A DNA stretch of 64,000 bases. Origin: Lama guanicoe. Lineage: Eukaryota. The stretch lies in assembly GCA_013239625.1 (NCBI GenBank), contig MU053881.1, forward strand, positions 8,083,957-8,147,956, written 5' to 3'. Positions 1 through 13,534 of this stretch are shown piece by piece. Both the position numbers and the translations under genes were made by a program. The notes under the pieces were generated by a model, which had not been told where the DNA came from, did no database searches, and saw only the letters and a program-made list of their open reading frames with translations. The stretch's first letter is position 1. Each line of letters starts with the position of its first letter.

Positions 1-259
1 ACTATCACATTAAATGCAATACTTCATTAACACTCATCTCAACTGTTTCCTTTTATTGTTTTTAATGCAGCTAAGAGAACAACTTTAATTGCATTGGCGG
101 CTCCTATGGGACAGCACTGTTCTAGAGCTAGCAGGTCTTCCCTGGAGGGGTGTTGGCCTCTGCACGCCTCAGCTCTTGAGATGCTCCGTCGGCCAGCACA
201 GAGGGTTGCTTGGCTTTGACCTGGGGGAGTTAGTTTGGATTGGCCCTGCACTCTCCCCA

Positions 260-355
260 GCTCACCCCCTCAGTATTACTATTGTCCACTTTCAGCCTGC
301 CTTACCCATTTGCTTTAACCTGTGAAGCCCTGATACATTTGAGTTTGTGGTCTCC
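260..355 (+). mobile_element. hAT-Charlie relic (MER102-like end)
   Basis: cctgccttacccattt...gccctgatacatttgagtttgtg resembles the recalled MER102 terminus. Confidence 0.4.
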
Positions 356-889
356 GGAACATCCGCCCAGAAAGAGGCAGAAAGGGTGCCCACGCTAGGA
401 GCTACTCAGAGAGCCAGCCAGTAGCCCCATCTCCACCTGCAGCCTCTGGTCGCATCTCGTAGCCCTCAGGCCTCAGCCTGGGTGCTCAGCCCTGCTGTGC
501 TTGAACAGCAGGCCTTCATCCCAGCTCCCGGCCCTTGGTCTGCCCGTCAGCCTGGCGGCGCCGTCCTGCTCGTTACCTGCCCCCCCGGGATTTCCCACCT
601 AGATTGCAGCCCTCCTAGCGAACTACAGGGAATCACCTGGCTGTGAAGCCCCACCAGGAATGTCCTCATCTCAGGAAGGCAGAGTCTTCCCCGTGGGTTT
701 GGGAGGATCAGGGGCAGAGTGCTTAGTTTTCTTCCACCGTATCTCTGGGATCCCAGGAAAGGGTGTAATCACCCAGGGACTCTCAGCTCTTCCTAGATCA
801 GCCTCCAGACGGGGTCCCTGGGTGACCTTCTAAAATATAGACTAAATGTTGTCACTGCCTGCCTCAGTCGCCTCCTGGGAGGAGGCCCT

Positions 890-1040
890 GTCTACCCATC
901 TATCTGTCTGTCAGTCTATCTATTTATCTATCTACCAGTCTGTCTGTCTATCCACCAATCTGTCTTCTATCTACCTTCCTACCAGTCTACCTATTTATCT
1001 ATCTACCAGTCTGTCTGTCTGTCTATCTACCTATCTGTCT
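890..1040. repeat. Degenerate (TCTA/TCTG)n tetranucleotide microsatellite
   Basis: Directly visible: tctatctgtctgtcagtctatctatttatctatctacc... Confidence 0.9.
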
Positions 1041-1239
1041 TGTAGGCATTTTGCCTAATACCAGCAGACTCACACCTGAGACACAGGAGGCCTTTGCATC
1101 TTGGACCCAAGACTTCCCCTGAAATGAGACCAGCTACTTAAGGAAGTAGGATGCTGTATTTGTTAATTAAGAAAATGAATGCAGTGATTTGCACTTATGT
1201 ACTCTGTTGGAATATAGAAAGCACTTGCCTGTCCATTAT

Positions 1240-1350
1240 CCATGAAGTTTATCCTAATTTCGCAGAAACAGAAATTGAGGCTCAGAGAGTTAAACGAATG
1301 CTCTTGAAGACACACAGCCCACTAAGTAGCACAGCTGGGACATGAACTCG
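1240..1350 (-). mobile_element. MIR fragment
   Basis: cagaaacagaaattgaggctcagagagttaaa...agacacacagcccactaagtagcacagctgggacatgaactc. Confidence 0.7.
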
Positions 1351-1382
1351 GCCCCTAATCACACACACTAATCGTTCTACCC

Positions 1383-1470
1383 ATGTTCTCAAACTTATTT
1401 CAAGTGTCCAGAGCTCATCCCCAGGGTTTCTGATTCAGTAGGTCTGGGATGGGTCCCAGGAATCTACATG
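1383..1470. mobile_element. MER5A fragment
   Basis: ccccagggtttctgattcagtaggtctgggatgggtcccaggaatctacat. Confidence 0.7.
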
Positions 1471-1474
1471 AAAA

Positions 1475-1720
1475 TTTTTTTAATTATGGAAAATGTCACC
1501 CATGTATGAAAGTCAAGCACAGATTATCAGTGAACCCCCTTCATATACCCATCACTCAGCTCCAATAAGTTTCAGCTCATGGCCAGTCTTGTTTCGTGTC
1601 TACCTCTACCCAGTTCTCTGTCTTCTATTTTATTTTGAAGCAAAACCCAGACATCATCATTTCATTCTTAATTATTTCAATAGGTATCTCTCAAAGAAAA
1701 AGACCTAAGTAAAAGGAAAA
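1475..1720 (-). mobile_element. Ancient L1 (L1MC/ME) 3' fragment
   Basis: ttttttaattatggaaaat...gtgaacccc...tattttgaagcaaaacccagacatcatcatttcatt. Confidence 0.6.
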
Positions 1721-4179
1721 ATGGTAACATAGCAAACATTTTAAAACATCAGAAGCATAACATTATATACCATGATCGTATCTAAATTACTTTAGAAATC
1801 AGGGATCTATATTTTTTCAAGGCACCATCAGTAAGAACATTCTGATCAGGTAGACGGTGAACCCCGCTGTGAGAACGGCAGCTGTGCCTTGCCAGCTCTT
1901 AATGACATCTTCGAACTGTCCTGATTTTTATCAAACTGTCCACTTTGAAAGACAAAACCAAAGTACTTGATGAAACAGATCTGCACCCGTGCAAGTCCCA
2001 GCGATTCAGACTGGCAGCTTTCCCCTCCCCCTCCCCCCAAAAGCTGAAAAGACTTTGTATCGCGAGTAAAATAAACCTGTGAATTATTTTCCTTGGTGGT
2101 TAGGAACAATCTTGTGGTGTGAATTTAGACACAGGCTTCCTTCTTGTTGAAAAGGAAAGAAAAGTGAAACTGTAGCTGTTACTTTTTGAGGTGTCTGGGT
2201 GTTACGTTCACATGTAGGTACCGGTGTCTTCTTTGTCTGCTTATTTGTATCTGGGGGCGATGAGATGCATGTTCCAGGACAGAAGCTTGATTCTGTTTAC
2301 TTCTGTATCTCAATAGAGTAGCACGTAGTAGGTGCTCAATTCATTTTGTTGTTGCTGAGTAAAATCAGAATCTGAGCTGACATTTAAGCCACCAGGATTA
2401 AACATTTGAGTGCGCTGACGAGCTTGTCAGAGACGGCAGAGAGGAAGGAGCTCTTACTGAAGTCTTTCATTCAGTAACTTTTTAACATCAAGGGAGCAGG
2501 CGATGTCAGCTCCTACTGCAGTGAAATATTAGAAACTTGACTGGAGCAGTGGGAAATCACTGTTGCTTTTGGTTTTTGTTTTTGCCCCTCCATTAATACT
2601 TTGAGTCTCTGGCATTTCTTTCAGGCAATGATCCTGGTACTCCACTGTAATCTCCCTCAGACAAAGGATGCCACTGACCAGACACCCAGCGGGTGGGACC
2701 AGGGCTTCTGAGCTGGGACACATGTTTGGGGCTCATTTGGTTTTGACGGTGACCCAACTGCAAACATACAATCTTGCTTATTAAGATAAATTGCCTGCAC
2801 CAGAGATTTACCTTTTTAAGATAAATCCTCCCGGAAGCCCACATTATAAAATCCCCAGGGAATAACTTTTCCTGCATATCTGTCCCTCCTGCTATATAGA
2901 ATAAGGTAAGCAAAACGATCTTTCTCTCTGAGTCCTAGAGTAGAGTGATGAGTCAGTCCCAGCTACGTGTGTTAGGAGCTGGGGGTAGAAGAGCTAGGCT
3001 CAGCTTTGCAGAGGATGCTAGAACTGAGAGCACAAGAAACGTTAGACTCAGAGATTAGCCTTCATTTTTTAAATCCCTAAATGAGTTTTGATTGATACCT
3101 ACTGCACCAATGGGCTGTTTCTTCCTGCTAGGCAGCGAGTGACTAGGAAAATAATTTTAATGCATACTCAGGTCAAAGAGAATCAGAATGGCAATCCACT
3201 GCCCTGATCCCAAATCCAATAAAGGTTCTAAATATAAATGCTTTTAGATTATCCTCTCTTTTCATTTGGCTAATCAAGAATTGATGGATGGTTTAAAATG
3301 TTACTAAAAAGGCACCTGATTGGTCTCCGTGCAAGGGGCTTGGGGAGGTAGGTAGACAAAGAAGGTACCTGACTGGGTCGTCCCAGTTTCCTTTGCTCAC
3401 TTAGCTTCCTCCATGGCCTCTTGATCCTGGACATGTTACCTTTCGGGAGTGGTTTTTCTGAGTCTTCGGAGAGCTTTCTGATTTAGGAGAACTGTCCTTG
3501 AACCCTCTTATGAGTGCTTTGGGTTGGATCCTCTGGGTCCCTTTACAGACATTGGCTCCCATCTCCTGCCTCTTTGGGCCTTGCTGTTAAAAAGTCACGG
3601 CTGGGAACCTCTTCAGCAATCTGTCTGTGAGCTGCTGGAGCCACTTCATCCAGCCTTACGGAGAGCAGGCAGAGGCGGGGAATTTGCATTTCCCCTGGGT
3701 GGTCTAACCAAGGACTGTCTGGTGCTGGGCCACAGAGACCCAGATCCCTTGGTTAGAGGCAGGAACTCCCAGGGTACCGGGCTAAGGCCAGCCCTTTTCC
3801 TAATTGTCCTTCATTTCTTCTCCATCCTGCTTCCTCCATCCCTTACCTGTCTCTCCCAGGAGCACTCTGTGAATCCATCACTTGGCTAAGCAACTGCTTC
3901 TGAGAGAGTCCAACCTAAGGCAGACCTTTCCTCCCAAGTCAGGCGCTCTTGTTTTATCCAAAAGAATCTAGACTTCCATACAGATACTCTTGTCCAGATG
4001 ACAGATGTGTGAAACTTTGATCTCCCTCGGATTTTACAGAAAGAATATTAGCAACGTGTAGGTATTCTATTCCTTGCAGAGCTGTCAGTGTATGTTCTGA
4101 AAATGGCGATAAGGGGTTTTCAACAGTGTAAATCTAGGGCTAAATGGGGGGAAAGTCTAAGAAATAAATGCAGCCTTTC

Positions 4180-4350
4180 ATCGAATGCCTCCACGGTTCC
4201 AGGTGCTGTCCACAGTGCACACATACCAACTCATTTCATCCTCACTGTTGACCTGTGAGGTCACCAAAATTAACAGTCCCACTGTAAAGATGGGGACACT
4301 GAGGCATAGAGCATTTCAGTAGTTTGCATGCTCATACAGCTTGTCACTGG
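4180..4350 (-). mobile_element. MIR fragment
   Basis: tcatttcatcctcac...cctgtgagg...taaagatggggacactgaggcataga. Confidence 0.65.
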
Positions 4351-6729
4351 CTCTGCCTACTTTAGACACAAGAATTCTCCAAGGTCAGGGTGCTTCCAAG
4401 CCCTGTTTTGTACCTTTGGGAAGATTCGAGATTGACCTCTGGGAGCAAATCCCCCATAAACTGCCATGCAACACAGACGGGACTTGCTGGTAGCATGAGG
4501 GTGACCGAGACTAGCATACTGTTCCCACCAGGGCAAAGAGGAGAGCATTTTCTTGCTTCTTGCCTTTGGTCTTGCTGGTAAGCATGGGAGACAGGGGTGG
4601 GGTGAAGGTGGGGACTGTCATTCACTGTCGCTCTGAGAACAAAGCACGCCTGACATTGCAGGGAGAGCCCCAGGAAGCACGTCAAAAGCTCCACTGGAAC
4701 TAGACAACCTTTCAATCCATTTATCAAAGTGTCTGCAGTTCCCACTTCAAGGTAGATGAAGCAATAATAAATTTGCAAAGAAAGTTAATCTGTGTCCAAA
4801 GCATTTTAGTAAATTAAAAAGGTGGGGGGGGTGGGCAGGTGTTGGCTGGAAGGGGGATATATTGGTTCTTGCCAACTCCTATTTGACTTACTGTCTCCTT
4901 AATAAGTCCTCTTTGGTCTTGTGTTTTTGGATGGAATAATCAGTCCGTTAATCATTTTCCGGAAGCAGGAAAATGCACTTTAGCTAATGCAGTTCTCCTT
5001 TCTTTCAGAGTCCTAATTATTTAAAAAGACATCCCGATCTGTAGCCCCACTTCCCACCCAGCCATCTTCCTTTGTTTCCCCCAGAAAATCCCGGCACACC
5101 CCTCTCTTTCATTCTAACTCCAACCTCATACCTTTTATCTAAGGATTGAAGGGAAAAAAAAAAAAGCAAGTTCCCTTTCCCTGGTCACTTTAAAGCATTT
5201 TCCCCGAGGAAGAGGGAGGCACTAAACCCCTACCAACAAGCAATTGGCCGGAACTAGGCTCTTGGGCACTACGGATAGATTTTGTTATTTTTATTTAAGT
5301 GTCAGCCGAAAATGGTGGCTCTTGTCTCTCTCAAGGATAGTCCTTAACAATCGCTCCATGCTCTGGCATCACGCTGAGATAAACACACTATTAGGAACCC
5401 TCACAAAGGCCCAGGAGATAATTGTGAAGGGACAGTTACCGAAAATGAAGCACCCAGCCCTGAACCCTCCTCCACGCCCCATCAGTAACACCATTAAAGC
5501 TGTCAGTTTGTCAGCCCACTGGAGGTATTTATGAAATCAATATACAATCCTGCAGATGGATGGGAGCGGTATTGTTAGCCGGAGAAGAAGGACTCAATGG
5601 AAAATAAAATTAATAAAATTTACAAGCAGATTGTCATGGAGAACAGATAAATTCCCTGCAATCTACTGCCTTGCTCAGTTGCAGTAGGGGGAAATCCATG
5701 CGGGGAGGTGGGAAGAGCTATGCTTTAAACGGGGCTCCTTAAGACGGGGGCAAGACTGGGTCTATTTACAGCAAAAAGAAAAATAGTGAACAGAAACCCA
5801 AGTGGCTGTCCCATCCAAGCGCAGGATTTTGTCTGTGTGACTGCTTTCTTGGGAGATTTTCCACCGGATTTTTCTGCTTACACATGGCTCGCCTCTCTTC
5901 CTCCCACTGTACTGCAAACCAGAGCTCCCATACAGTTGCTGTTCCTTCAGTAGACTGGGGTGCCTTCACCTCAGAGGATTAATGCATTACTGGACTATGT
6001 ACCCCTTCTTCTGGCTTTCCAGCGGGCTTAAGGGTGATCATTCTAAACCTCTCTCCTGTTTCCTCCACCTGCCCCTGATTCTGATCATCAGCCATTTGCC
6101 AAAAGTGTGGCCTGAGCTGTTTCCCAGAGCGGCCACAGCTAGCAGCCAGGCCTGGGAGACCGCGGCAGGGGCTTGCTGTCACTTGCAGAGAAGACTGGGC
6201 CCATTGTGGCTCCCGGAGCCCTGGGTACGGCCCAGATGCCATGGAAATTGCATTAGTCAGATGACAGGACCTGGGCCCCTTTCTCCTGGAGGCTGATGGA
6301 GAGCAGAGGAGTGGCCTCAGTGACACTGCCTGACCTCTACTGTCATCGTGGGCTTTGTTCAGCGCCCTGACTCGAGGCTGGAGCCCTGCTCATTGAATCA
6401 GGCCCAGCCGGGGGAGCCTGCAACGGGGCTCACCGTGCATCTGAATTTACTTACATCTGCTGCAGGCAGAGGAAAGTGGATTTGCCATGGGGAGCGCTCT
6501 GTTCTTCAGCCCCAGAAGCCGCTAGCATCCATCTCCGAACCCTGCTGCAACTCTGAGCCTAACAGTGGCCCTGGACAGTCCCCGCGCATCTCCTTTTGGC
6601 CAGCTGCTCAGCGTGTGGCCCCTCAACTCAACAGACAAGAGCAGGAGGTGTTGACCCAGTGCATTCTCCTCATGGGACTTGATACCAAGGAAGTAGCCAA
6701 ACAAGTGTCCCCAGAATGCGCGGGCAGGA

Positions 6730-7080
6730 AAGTTCACCCCAGTGTTTCCGTAAATGGCAAACAAATACCCAGCAACGTGGGATCGTATAGCCGTTTATAG
6801 AACTGGATGATATACAGCCATTAAGAATGTCAGCGTAGATGTACAGTCAATGATATGAACAGATGGTCTCAATATAGTAAGCAAAAAAAAAAGGTTATGA
6901 CAGACTCTGTACTGTGAGATCATATTGGTGAAATTTATATACATTACTCCTAATTGGTAACCGTGGTTATGTCTGGGTAGGTAATTTTTTTACCTTAATA
7001 TGTGAAGGTTTTTGTGTTTTTTCCAAAATAGTAGGAATGCATATTTATAGATATAGATGTGATTGATATACATGCACATA
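6730..7080 (+). mobile_element. Degenerate L1ME 3' fragment
   Basis: gatatacagccattaagaat...taaccgtggttatgtctgggtagg, an L1ME-like pattern. Confidence 0.45.
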
Positions 7081-7932
7081 CTTGATTAATAATCTCTAAG
7101 ACCCCAAGCAAGTGTGAGGTATGAATGAAACAAGTGTGTGTGTTTGGTCCAGCAAAAAATGAAACCGGAAAACAAAATGGGAAAAAAAAGAGCATGGGTC
7201 TTAGGAAAGGAAATTGAGGCTTTGGGGATTCATAAAGAGGACCTTGGTGCAGGACTTGGGTTTGAGCCAGCTTTGGGACGTGACACTTTGTCCCTTCCCT
7301 TCTTTGCTCAAAGCAACGTGTTAGCAGGGCTAAATCCGAGATGAAGTGCAGTGGGACCCCCATTTTGGATGGGTTTGTGGAAATGCAAGTTGAATTCATC
7401 ACGCCTATCACTGAGATGATCCAGGAGACCCCCAGAGGTCTCTCTGGAGCACGAAGAAAAGCAGAGATGGTCATCCCCTGTCAGAAAATCAGGATGGCCA
7501 GGCTCCGTTCCAATCGCAGATGGCAAAAATCCCTGAGAGATGGGAGACGGAGTGGTGTTGGCCCTGCAGTGGGGGAGGGACGCTGTGGGGGAGGGGAGAG
7601 GAATGGGTCAACTCTGGGAGGTGGCAAAACAGAGACTTGGGTGCAGAATGTGTGCGACAAATAACCCAGCAGCTTGGCTCGTGGCCTGGAGGTGCGAGAC
7701 CACCCACAGAGCCCGCCTGGAGGCGAACCGCTCCGCCTGGTAACCATTTCAGCAAAGGCCGGCACCAGAGGAGCAAAGTGAAGGCTTGCAGCAGCCTGTG
7801 GCCTGTGACTGAACAGCCCCCCAGGCACCCCTGACGGCAGAGGCAGCCTCTGAGGGGTTTTGTTATCGTAATGAGATGCAGATAAAGCCAGGCCGGGTCG
7901 TTAACGCCTGTGCGTCTTCTCTTCTTGTTTAG

Positions 7933-8004
7933 AGATCTGAGCGAGAACCAGATCGTGGGCATCCCCAGGAAGGCGTTCCGAGGCATCGCCGACGTGAAGA
8001 ACCT
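7933..8004 (+). CDS. SLIT3: SLIT3 internal coding exon (probably exon 5), one 24-aa LRR unit of LRR domain 1
   Basis: Polypyrimidine tract tcttctcttcttgtttAG (AG at 7931-7932) and donor ct|GTAAGT at 8005. Length is exactly 72 nt. Translates (phase 2) to [24 protein letters not shown], matching recalled human SLIT3 [24 protein letters not shown]. Missed by the ORF track. Confidence 0.96.
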
Positions 8005-8564
8005 GTAAGTGATGTTTTCCTTCCTTCGATGCAGATGTGATTCTCTGGCCAGAGCAGGGGCGGGGGGACTGGACAGGAAGGCGGTGTCTCCGTGCTGTGT
8101 GCTGCCTGCATCCAGGAGCCTCTGAGATGGGTTGAGGGATGTGCTTCCATGGTTTCCAGGGAACACACGTCGATCGCCAGCTCCACAGAGTCCTGCCTTT
8201 CTCTGGTTTTTCATCCTCAAGTGTGAGCATGGAGTCCCAGACCTGAGTCACAGCCTGGCCCCACAGGGGCCTGTGGCCTGGAGCTCAACTCAGCTTCTCC
8301 CAAGGTCATTACCGTCTGTAAAATGGGGGTGATAGCCTGGTGGGGTAATGATGCAAATGAGAACGTGTTTTAAACACTTAGTGCCTCATGTATGTAAGTG
8401 TTCACTACGTGGGAGCCTTGATGATGCTGAAGATCGTGATGGTGAGGGTGTAGCTCACTGTTCATAATGGGATCTTGTGAGAGAGCCCTGGGACTTGTGT
8501 CTGTCCCAGGATCATGGGGAGAAACGGCCAGATCTGCACTAGGTGCTTGGGGTGGTTTTTCACA

Positions 8565-8850
8565 ATTTTTATTTTGAAATAATTATTGATTCACAGGAAG
8601 CTTAAAAAAATAGCAGACTGGTCTGTGTACCCTTTTACCCAGCTTTTTCCCAGTGGTAACATCTTATATAACCATAGTATAACAGCAAAGCCAGGAAGCA
8701 GACCTGGGTGCAGTCCACAGACCTCATTCTTCCGACGTCCCGGGTTCACGCTCACTCATTTGTATCTGTGTGCACACGTGCACACGTGCACTTCTGTGTA
8801 ATTTTGTCACGTGCAGATTCCGTTGCCCATTGCTGCAGAACTGTTCCATC
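8565..8850 (-). mobile_element. L1MC/MD 3' fragment
   Basis: ttttattttgaaataattattgattcacaggaag...cccagtggtaacatcttatataaccatagtataa. Confidence 0.65.
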
Positions 8851-10259
8851 ATCACTTTTTTGAACTTGTCAGATAAGGAATTTTGTCGTTCCCCACCTGG
8901 CCCCGTCTGTTTGCTTCTTATCATGACTCCTGGGCCCTTCCCTTCAAGAGGAGTATGTCTTCTGAATTTTCTACCCACGCCACTGTGCCTGTGGGCTAGA
9001 AACATGTGTTTGGACAGGGGTACAGAGGAGGCATTTCTGACCTCCTCTCCAGGCTCACATTTAACTTGAAAAAGTCCTTAGCTCTTACTTTTCCCTATAA
9101 GGACTGCAGGGATCTGCGTGTGCTGGGAAGCTGATGATGGCTTCCGGATACAGGCTCTCTGCCTCCCCTTTGCTGAGAACTGAACGGAAGGAAAGCTTTA
9201 GGTGTTTAACATGCAAAGCACATAAGAGGCAGAGTCAGCTGGGGTGAAGGGGGCAGGGGACAGAGAGGACTTTGCAAGGGGATCCCAGACAGTAGGCTGC
9301 CCACTGCTTCATCTGGGAACGTTTGCCCAGGAGCTGGAGAGGGCCAGGAGGAACAGACAAATTTGTGAAAAATGTGACTCTAGATCATGCACATAAAACA
9401 AAACTGAGAAGTCATGTTGATTAGCATCCCAGAAAGGCAAGATGAGGGAGGAGCTTTACAGATCCTCTAAAGCCCCACGGATCAGCCGTGAGAAAACTGA
9501 GGACCAGAGAAGGGCAGCAACTAACTCAGAGTCAACCAGCTTCTTGATGGCTGAGCCCTAAATTTACATTTTACATGCATAAGTGGTGTACCGGTCCTAT
9601 CTCCTGGCTCTGATTTTAAGTGGGCCAGCTAACAAAAAAAACATATTGCAGTGATGGATAAGCAGGTCTGTGTAATTACCAACTGCATTTTTGATTCTCA
9701 AGAAAGAGACTCAATGTCACAAGAGTCCTCGGCAGTTGCGGGGGGGCCGGGGGGGCAGTTTATTGCTGTTTTCCTATACTGTCTCCAACTTCACAAAGGC
9801 CTCGGGAGCTAATAGTGTCAAGAATCTGCAAACTCAGGAACTACAGTCAGCCCTCCTTCTCCAGGCCACGCAGATGTGTGTCACTCAAGGACCCGAACAG
9901 CCAGGATCGGGGGCGGGGGGTGGGGGAAGGGAGTAAGCACACTGCTTAAAGGATGAATTAACCAGCAAAGCTAAATGGGGTGGATTCCTTTACACTCCTC
10001 ATCAGTGCAGCCAGCACACTTTCGGGGTGGCCAGAACCTCTAAGGCCCAGAAGTCTAATTCATGTTCTCAGGTGACTTACGGTCTAACTGGGGACGGGAA
10101 AGATGTGTGCATACGAGAGAATGTTTAGGGAGGTAACAGTCCACAGCCAAACTGGCGAGTGAGCGGCCATGCATGGTAAGGGGCCGGCAGGGCTCCAAGA
10201 AGAGCAGTAGTTTAAGGCAGAGTAGCCATCTGATAGCGCCGGATCTGACCTCCAGCTGT

Positions 10260-10465
10260 TCTGCGTCCTGAGTCTGTGACCTCGGCTAGTACTTGACACT
10301 TCCGAGCCCAGATTTCTCCCACTGTGAGGGGAGGGTAGGAATTGTACTTAACCTCCTAGGGGGTTTGTGAAAGTTAATGAAATATGGCGTATGAGTAACT
10401 CAGGACAACGCTTGGCACATGGAAGGTGCTTAGAAAGTTCTAGCCACTGTTACTGCTGTCTTCCT
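10260..10465 (+). mobile_element. MIR fragment
   Basis: tgtgacctcggctagtacttgacacttccgagccccagatttctccc...cttggcacatggaaggtgctt. Confidence 0.6.
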
Positions 10466-13059
10466 TTGTTATGATTGTCAAGACTGTCGCTGAGCCCAAA
10501 TGATGATTGGAATTCACAGAGTGAACCGGCCAGTAGGGTGTGCAGAGTGTGGAGGCAAACCTGTGGAAGGTGTGTTTCAGGGGATACAGACAGAGCCATC
10601 TCGTGGGAGTGGGGCGGTTATGAGGCAGAGTGACAGGTGATTAGGTCAGAAAGAGAGGGAGAGGCCAGGTGCACGGACTGTAGCTGAGAATGTGGATGCC
10701 TTCCGACCTGGGAACGGTCACGATGAAGACGTCTGGAAGAGGATCTAACCTAGGACAGGAGAAGGTGGGAAAAGGACAGGCAGCGGGAGATGAGGCGGTG
10801 TAGTCCAACACGAGGGATCCAGGCTCGCAGTCAGGAGTGAGGGAGGAGTCCACAGTGAGACACCAGCGGAGACCAAGTCCACGGAACTTGGCAATCCACA
10901 CGTTATTAGAGGCTGGGGAAAGGAAGGGGGAAATGATGAGTTCCGAGTTTAGATGATACAGACCAGTGATGGCAAGTGATGTTTTCTGAGCTCCTACTAA
11001 ATGCCAGTTCTGGAGGAAACCACAGGAAGTAGGACACGTAGACCTGTGAGCTCTGCCCTCGTGGAGTCCCCACTCCACGGAGATCAAAAGATCGGGAATA
11101 AGACCCAGATCGGGAATAAGACCCAGGCGGGACGACCATGAGTTGGACGTGAAGCGATGTCAAGTCCTCCACAGACAGTGTGGATGGAACATCTTCTGTG
11201 CGTTAGCAAATTGGCGACCCTGACATCCCATCCTGTTCTGGCTGGTTGGTCTGTGGACCACAGCTACACGGACGGTGTTACTAAGAGGGAGTAAAGCTAA
11301 TCTTACAACCTTAAAAGAAAATGTCATGTGGGGAATTGGAGCTACAGGACCAGAGCCGAGGAGCAATTTCAAGAAGGGAAGCGTGTGGGTAAAGGTTGAT
11401 GGTCGAAGTTGTACATTTAAACGTGCATCCGTACATGTAAATAGGAGACACTTTGCAGACATGGCGTTTGTATAAAACCTGTTAAGGAAACTCCCCTCCT
11501 CCGACCAGACTTCGTTTACCCACGTGCAGATGTGTGAATGCACCGCATCTTTATCCTCGGAACGTACATCGCTGCCACCGGTCTGTGTGAGAACCACCTG
11601 CCTGCCTGCGAACCTTCTCCCTCCCCTGATGTCTAACCACTCTTCTACTGTTACTTACATAAAATAGGAGTAGATGATAAATTAGTGGAACATCAGGCTG
11701 TGAAATGACAGTTGGGCCCATTTATGATACCGTATGTTCATTAAGGGGAGAAACTCAAAGACTGGCTGTTTTTAGGTTTTAATTTTGGAGTTTTGACAAG
11801 AGTTCTCTTGGCTTGTCTTGACATCCCTTCCAGAAGGAAGACACTGTTACCACCCTTTTCCAGATGACAAAATTAAGTTTCGATCAGTGTGCGTAACTGA
11901 ATAAAAGTCGGCAGACGCCACTGGACCTAGGCCTCCACACTTAGCCTGCCTTTAGTAACACGGCCCACCGTCTCCTGGACTTGATCCAGGGCCCTTTCTC
12001 TCTGGCCCGATTGCTCCTTCTCAGCCATGCTAGCAACAGGGAGAAGGAAGAAGTAACCAAGGATGCTGCTGGCAAGTGGAGGCCTGATTCACGGAGGCAA
12101 GCAGGCAGGCTGGTGACTTTTGTTACTGCAGACAGAGAGGGAACCCAGGCAGGATTTGAACCCTGGGGGAATGCAGAGCCACCAGTGTGATACTGGTGCT
12201 GACGGGATTTGGTGCCCCACCCCAACCAGGCAGAGGAAGGAAGCCTCTAATTGCTTCCTCCTTCTCCAGGGAAAAAAAAAAAAAGAGAGAGAGAGAGAGA
12301 GAACTAATTAGCTGGGAATACCACTCTACGCAGTGACTAAAAGCTGGTTTTATGGGCTGGTCCCGCTCCGCTGCCTGTCTGGGAGGGAGAGAGGTGCTCT
12401 AATTAAAGAGAGACAATTAGATGGACAGACTGATCTGGAGAAAGAAACATTCGGGTAGACTGACCTGTAGATCCACCAACATTTGCCGAGCCAGCACTCT
12501 CTGCCCCACCATATGCAAGTACCGTGGTACGGGCTGGGTGAAGACACAGTGAGAAAAAGATGAAAGGAGAGAGAGGTCATCGTAAGACATAGCGATAAGA
12601 AGAAAATGAATTGGAAAAAAGAGAGACGACAGGCCACAATCCAACAAAGCATCTTAAGAAAAAGACAAAACCAAAATAGATTGTTTTTCTTTTAAAAAAA
12701 ACGTCCCCTTGCTCTATCTTTCCCAGCAGTTATGTTTTCCTCTGTTTTTCAGTTTCTGTTTGCGAGGACTCTGTAGGACATGCATTCCAGAAGGGAAAAT
12801 CAATAACCCCTGTCTCTGCCAGCTAGCAGAATTTGGAATTGACGGTTTCAAAACAAAGCTGGGCAGGCGGCCTTTGTGTTTCCTAGTTAGTCTGAGTTGC
12901 CGCACTGCCCGAGCCTGCCCTCCCGCTTCCTGAGATTAATGAGGGCTGTCTTAGCCCCCGTGAGCTGGCGGTAGTCTTGTGTGAGGGTGAGGGAAGGGCG
13001 GGGAGGGACACACAGCGCCCACTGGTGGGTAGCATCTCCGTCTGCTAATCTCAGCCGCC

Positions 13060-13510
13060 GTTCACTGTGCCGCTGCACCTGGAACAGAGTTCACACGCCT
13101 GGTCATACCCTGCAAGACTCTACACAGCCCGGGCCCTCTCTTACTCATCCCATGCTTCCCATGTGCCACTCCGTCCCTTGAACACCCCCAAGCTCCTTCC
13201 TGCCTCCGGGCCTTTGCACTTACTATTCCCTTTGCACGGGCTGCTAAGCCCTCAGACCTCCACAGAGTCGGCTCCTTCTGATCCTTCAGTTCTCACCTCC
13301 TCCAAGTGGCCTTCCTTAACCCTTCAAAAACAGCATCCCAGCCCTCTCTGCCCTTCCTCTGTATCCCACTAGCCAGTTATATTTCTTCAGAGCACTTACC
13401 ACCCTCTGAAATGACCTTAATCATCTATTTGTCACCCTGTGTCTGGATGTCACACAGGGACCCTGCCTGTCTCGAGCACTGTGGAATCCCCAGTGCGCAA
13501 ATAAGACTGA
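13060..13510 (+). mobile_element. L2 3' fragment
   Basis: tcctgcctccgggcctttgcacttactattccc...cactgtggaatccccagtgc. Confidence 0.65.
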
Positions 13511-13534
13511 CTAAAAATACATCAGATTAAGGTA

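Noticed and set aside
7931..7934. Tandem AGAG acceptor at exon 5
   Set aside because: The second AG would shift the frame by 2 nt; no evidence of use.
7489..8220. 243-aa minus-strand ORF antisense to exon 5, the longest in the track
   Set aside because: Non-ATG start, no recognisable domain, and GC-rich context. Consistent with chance.
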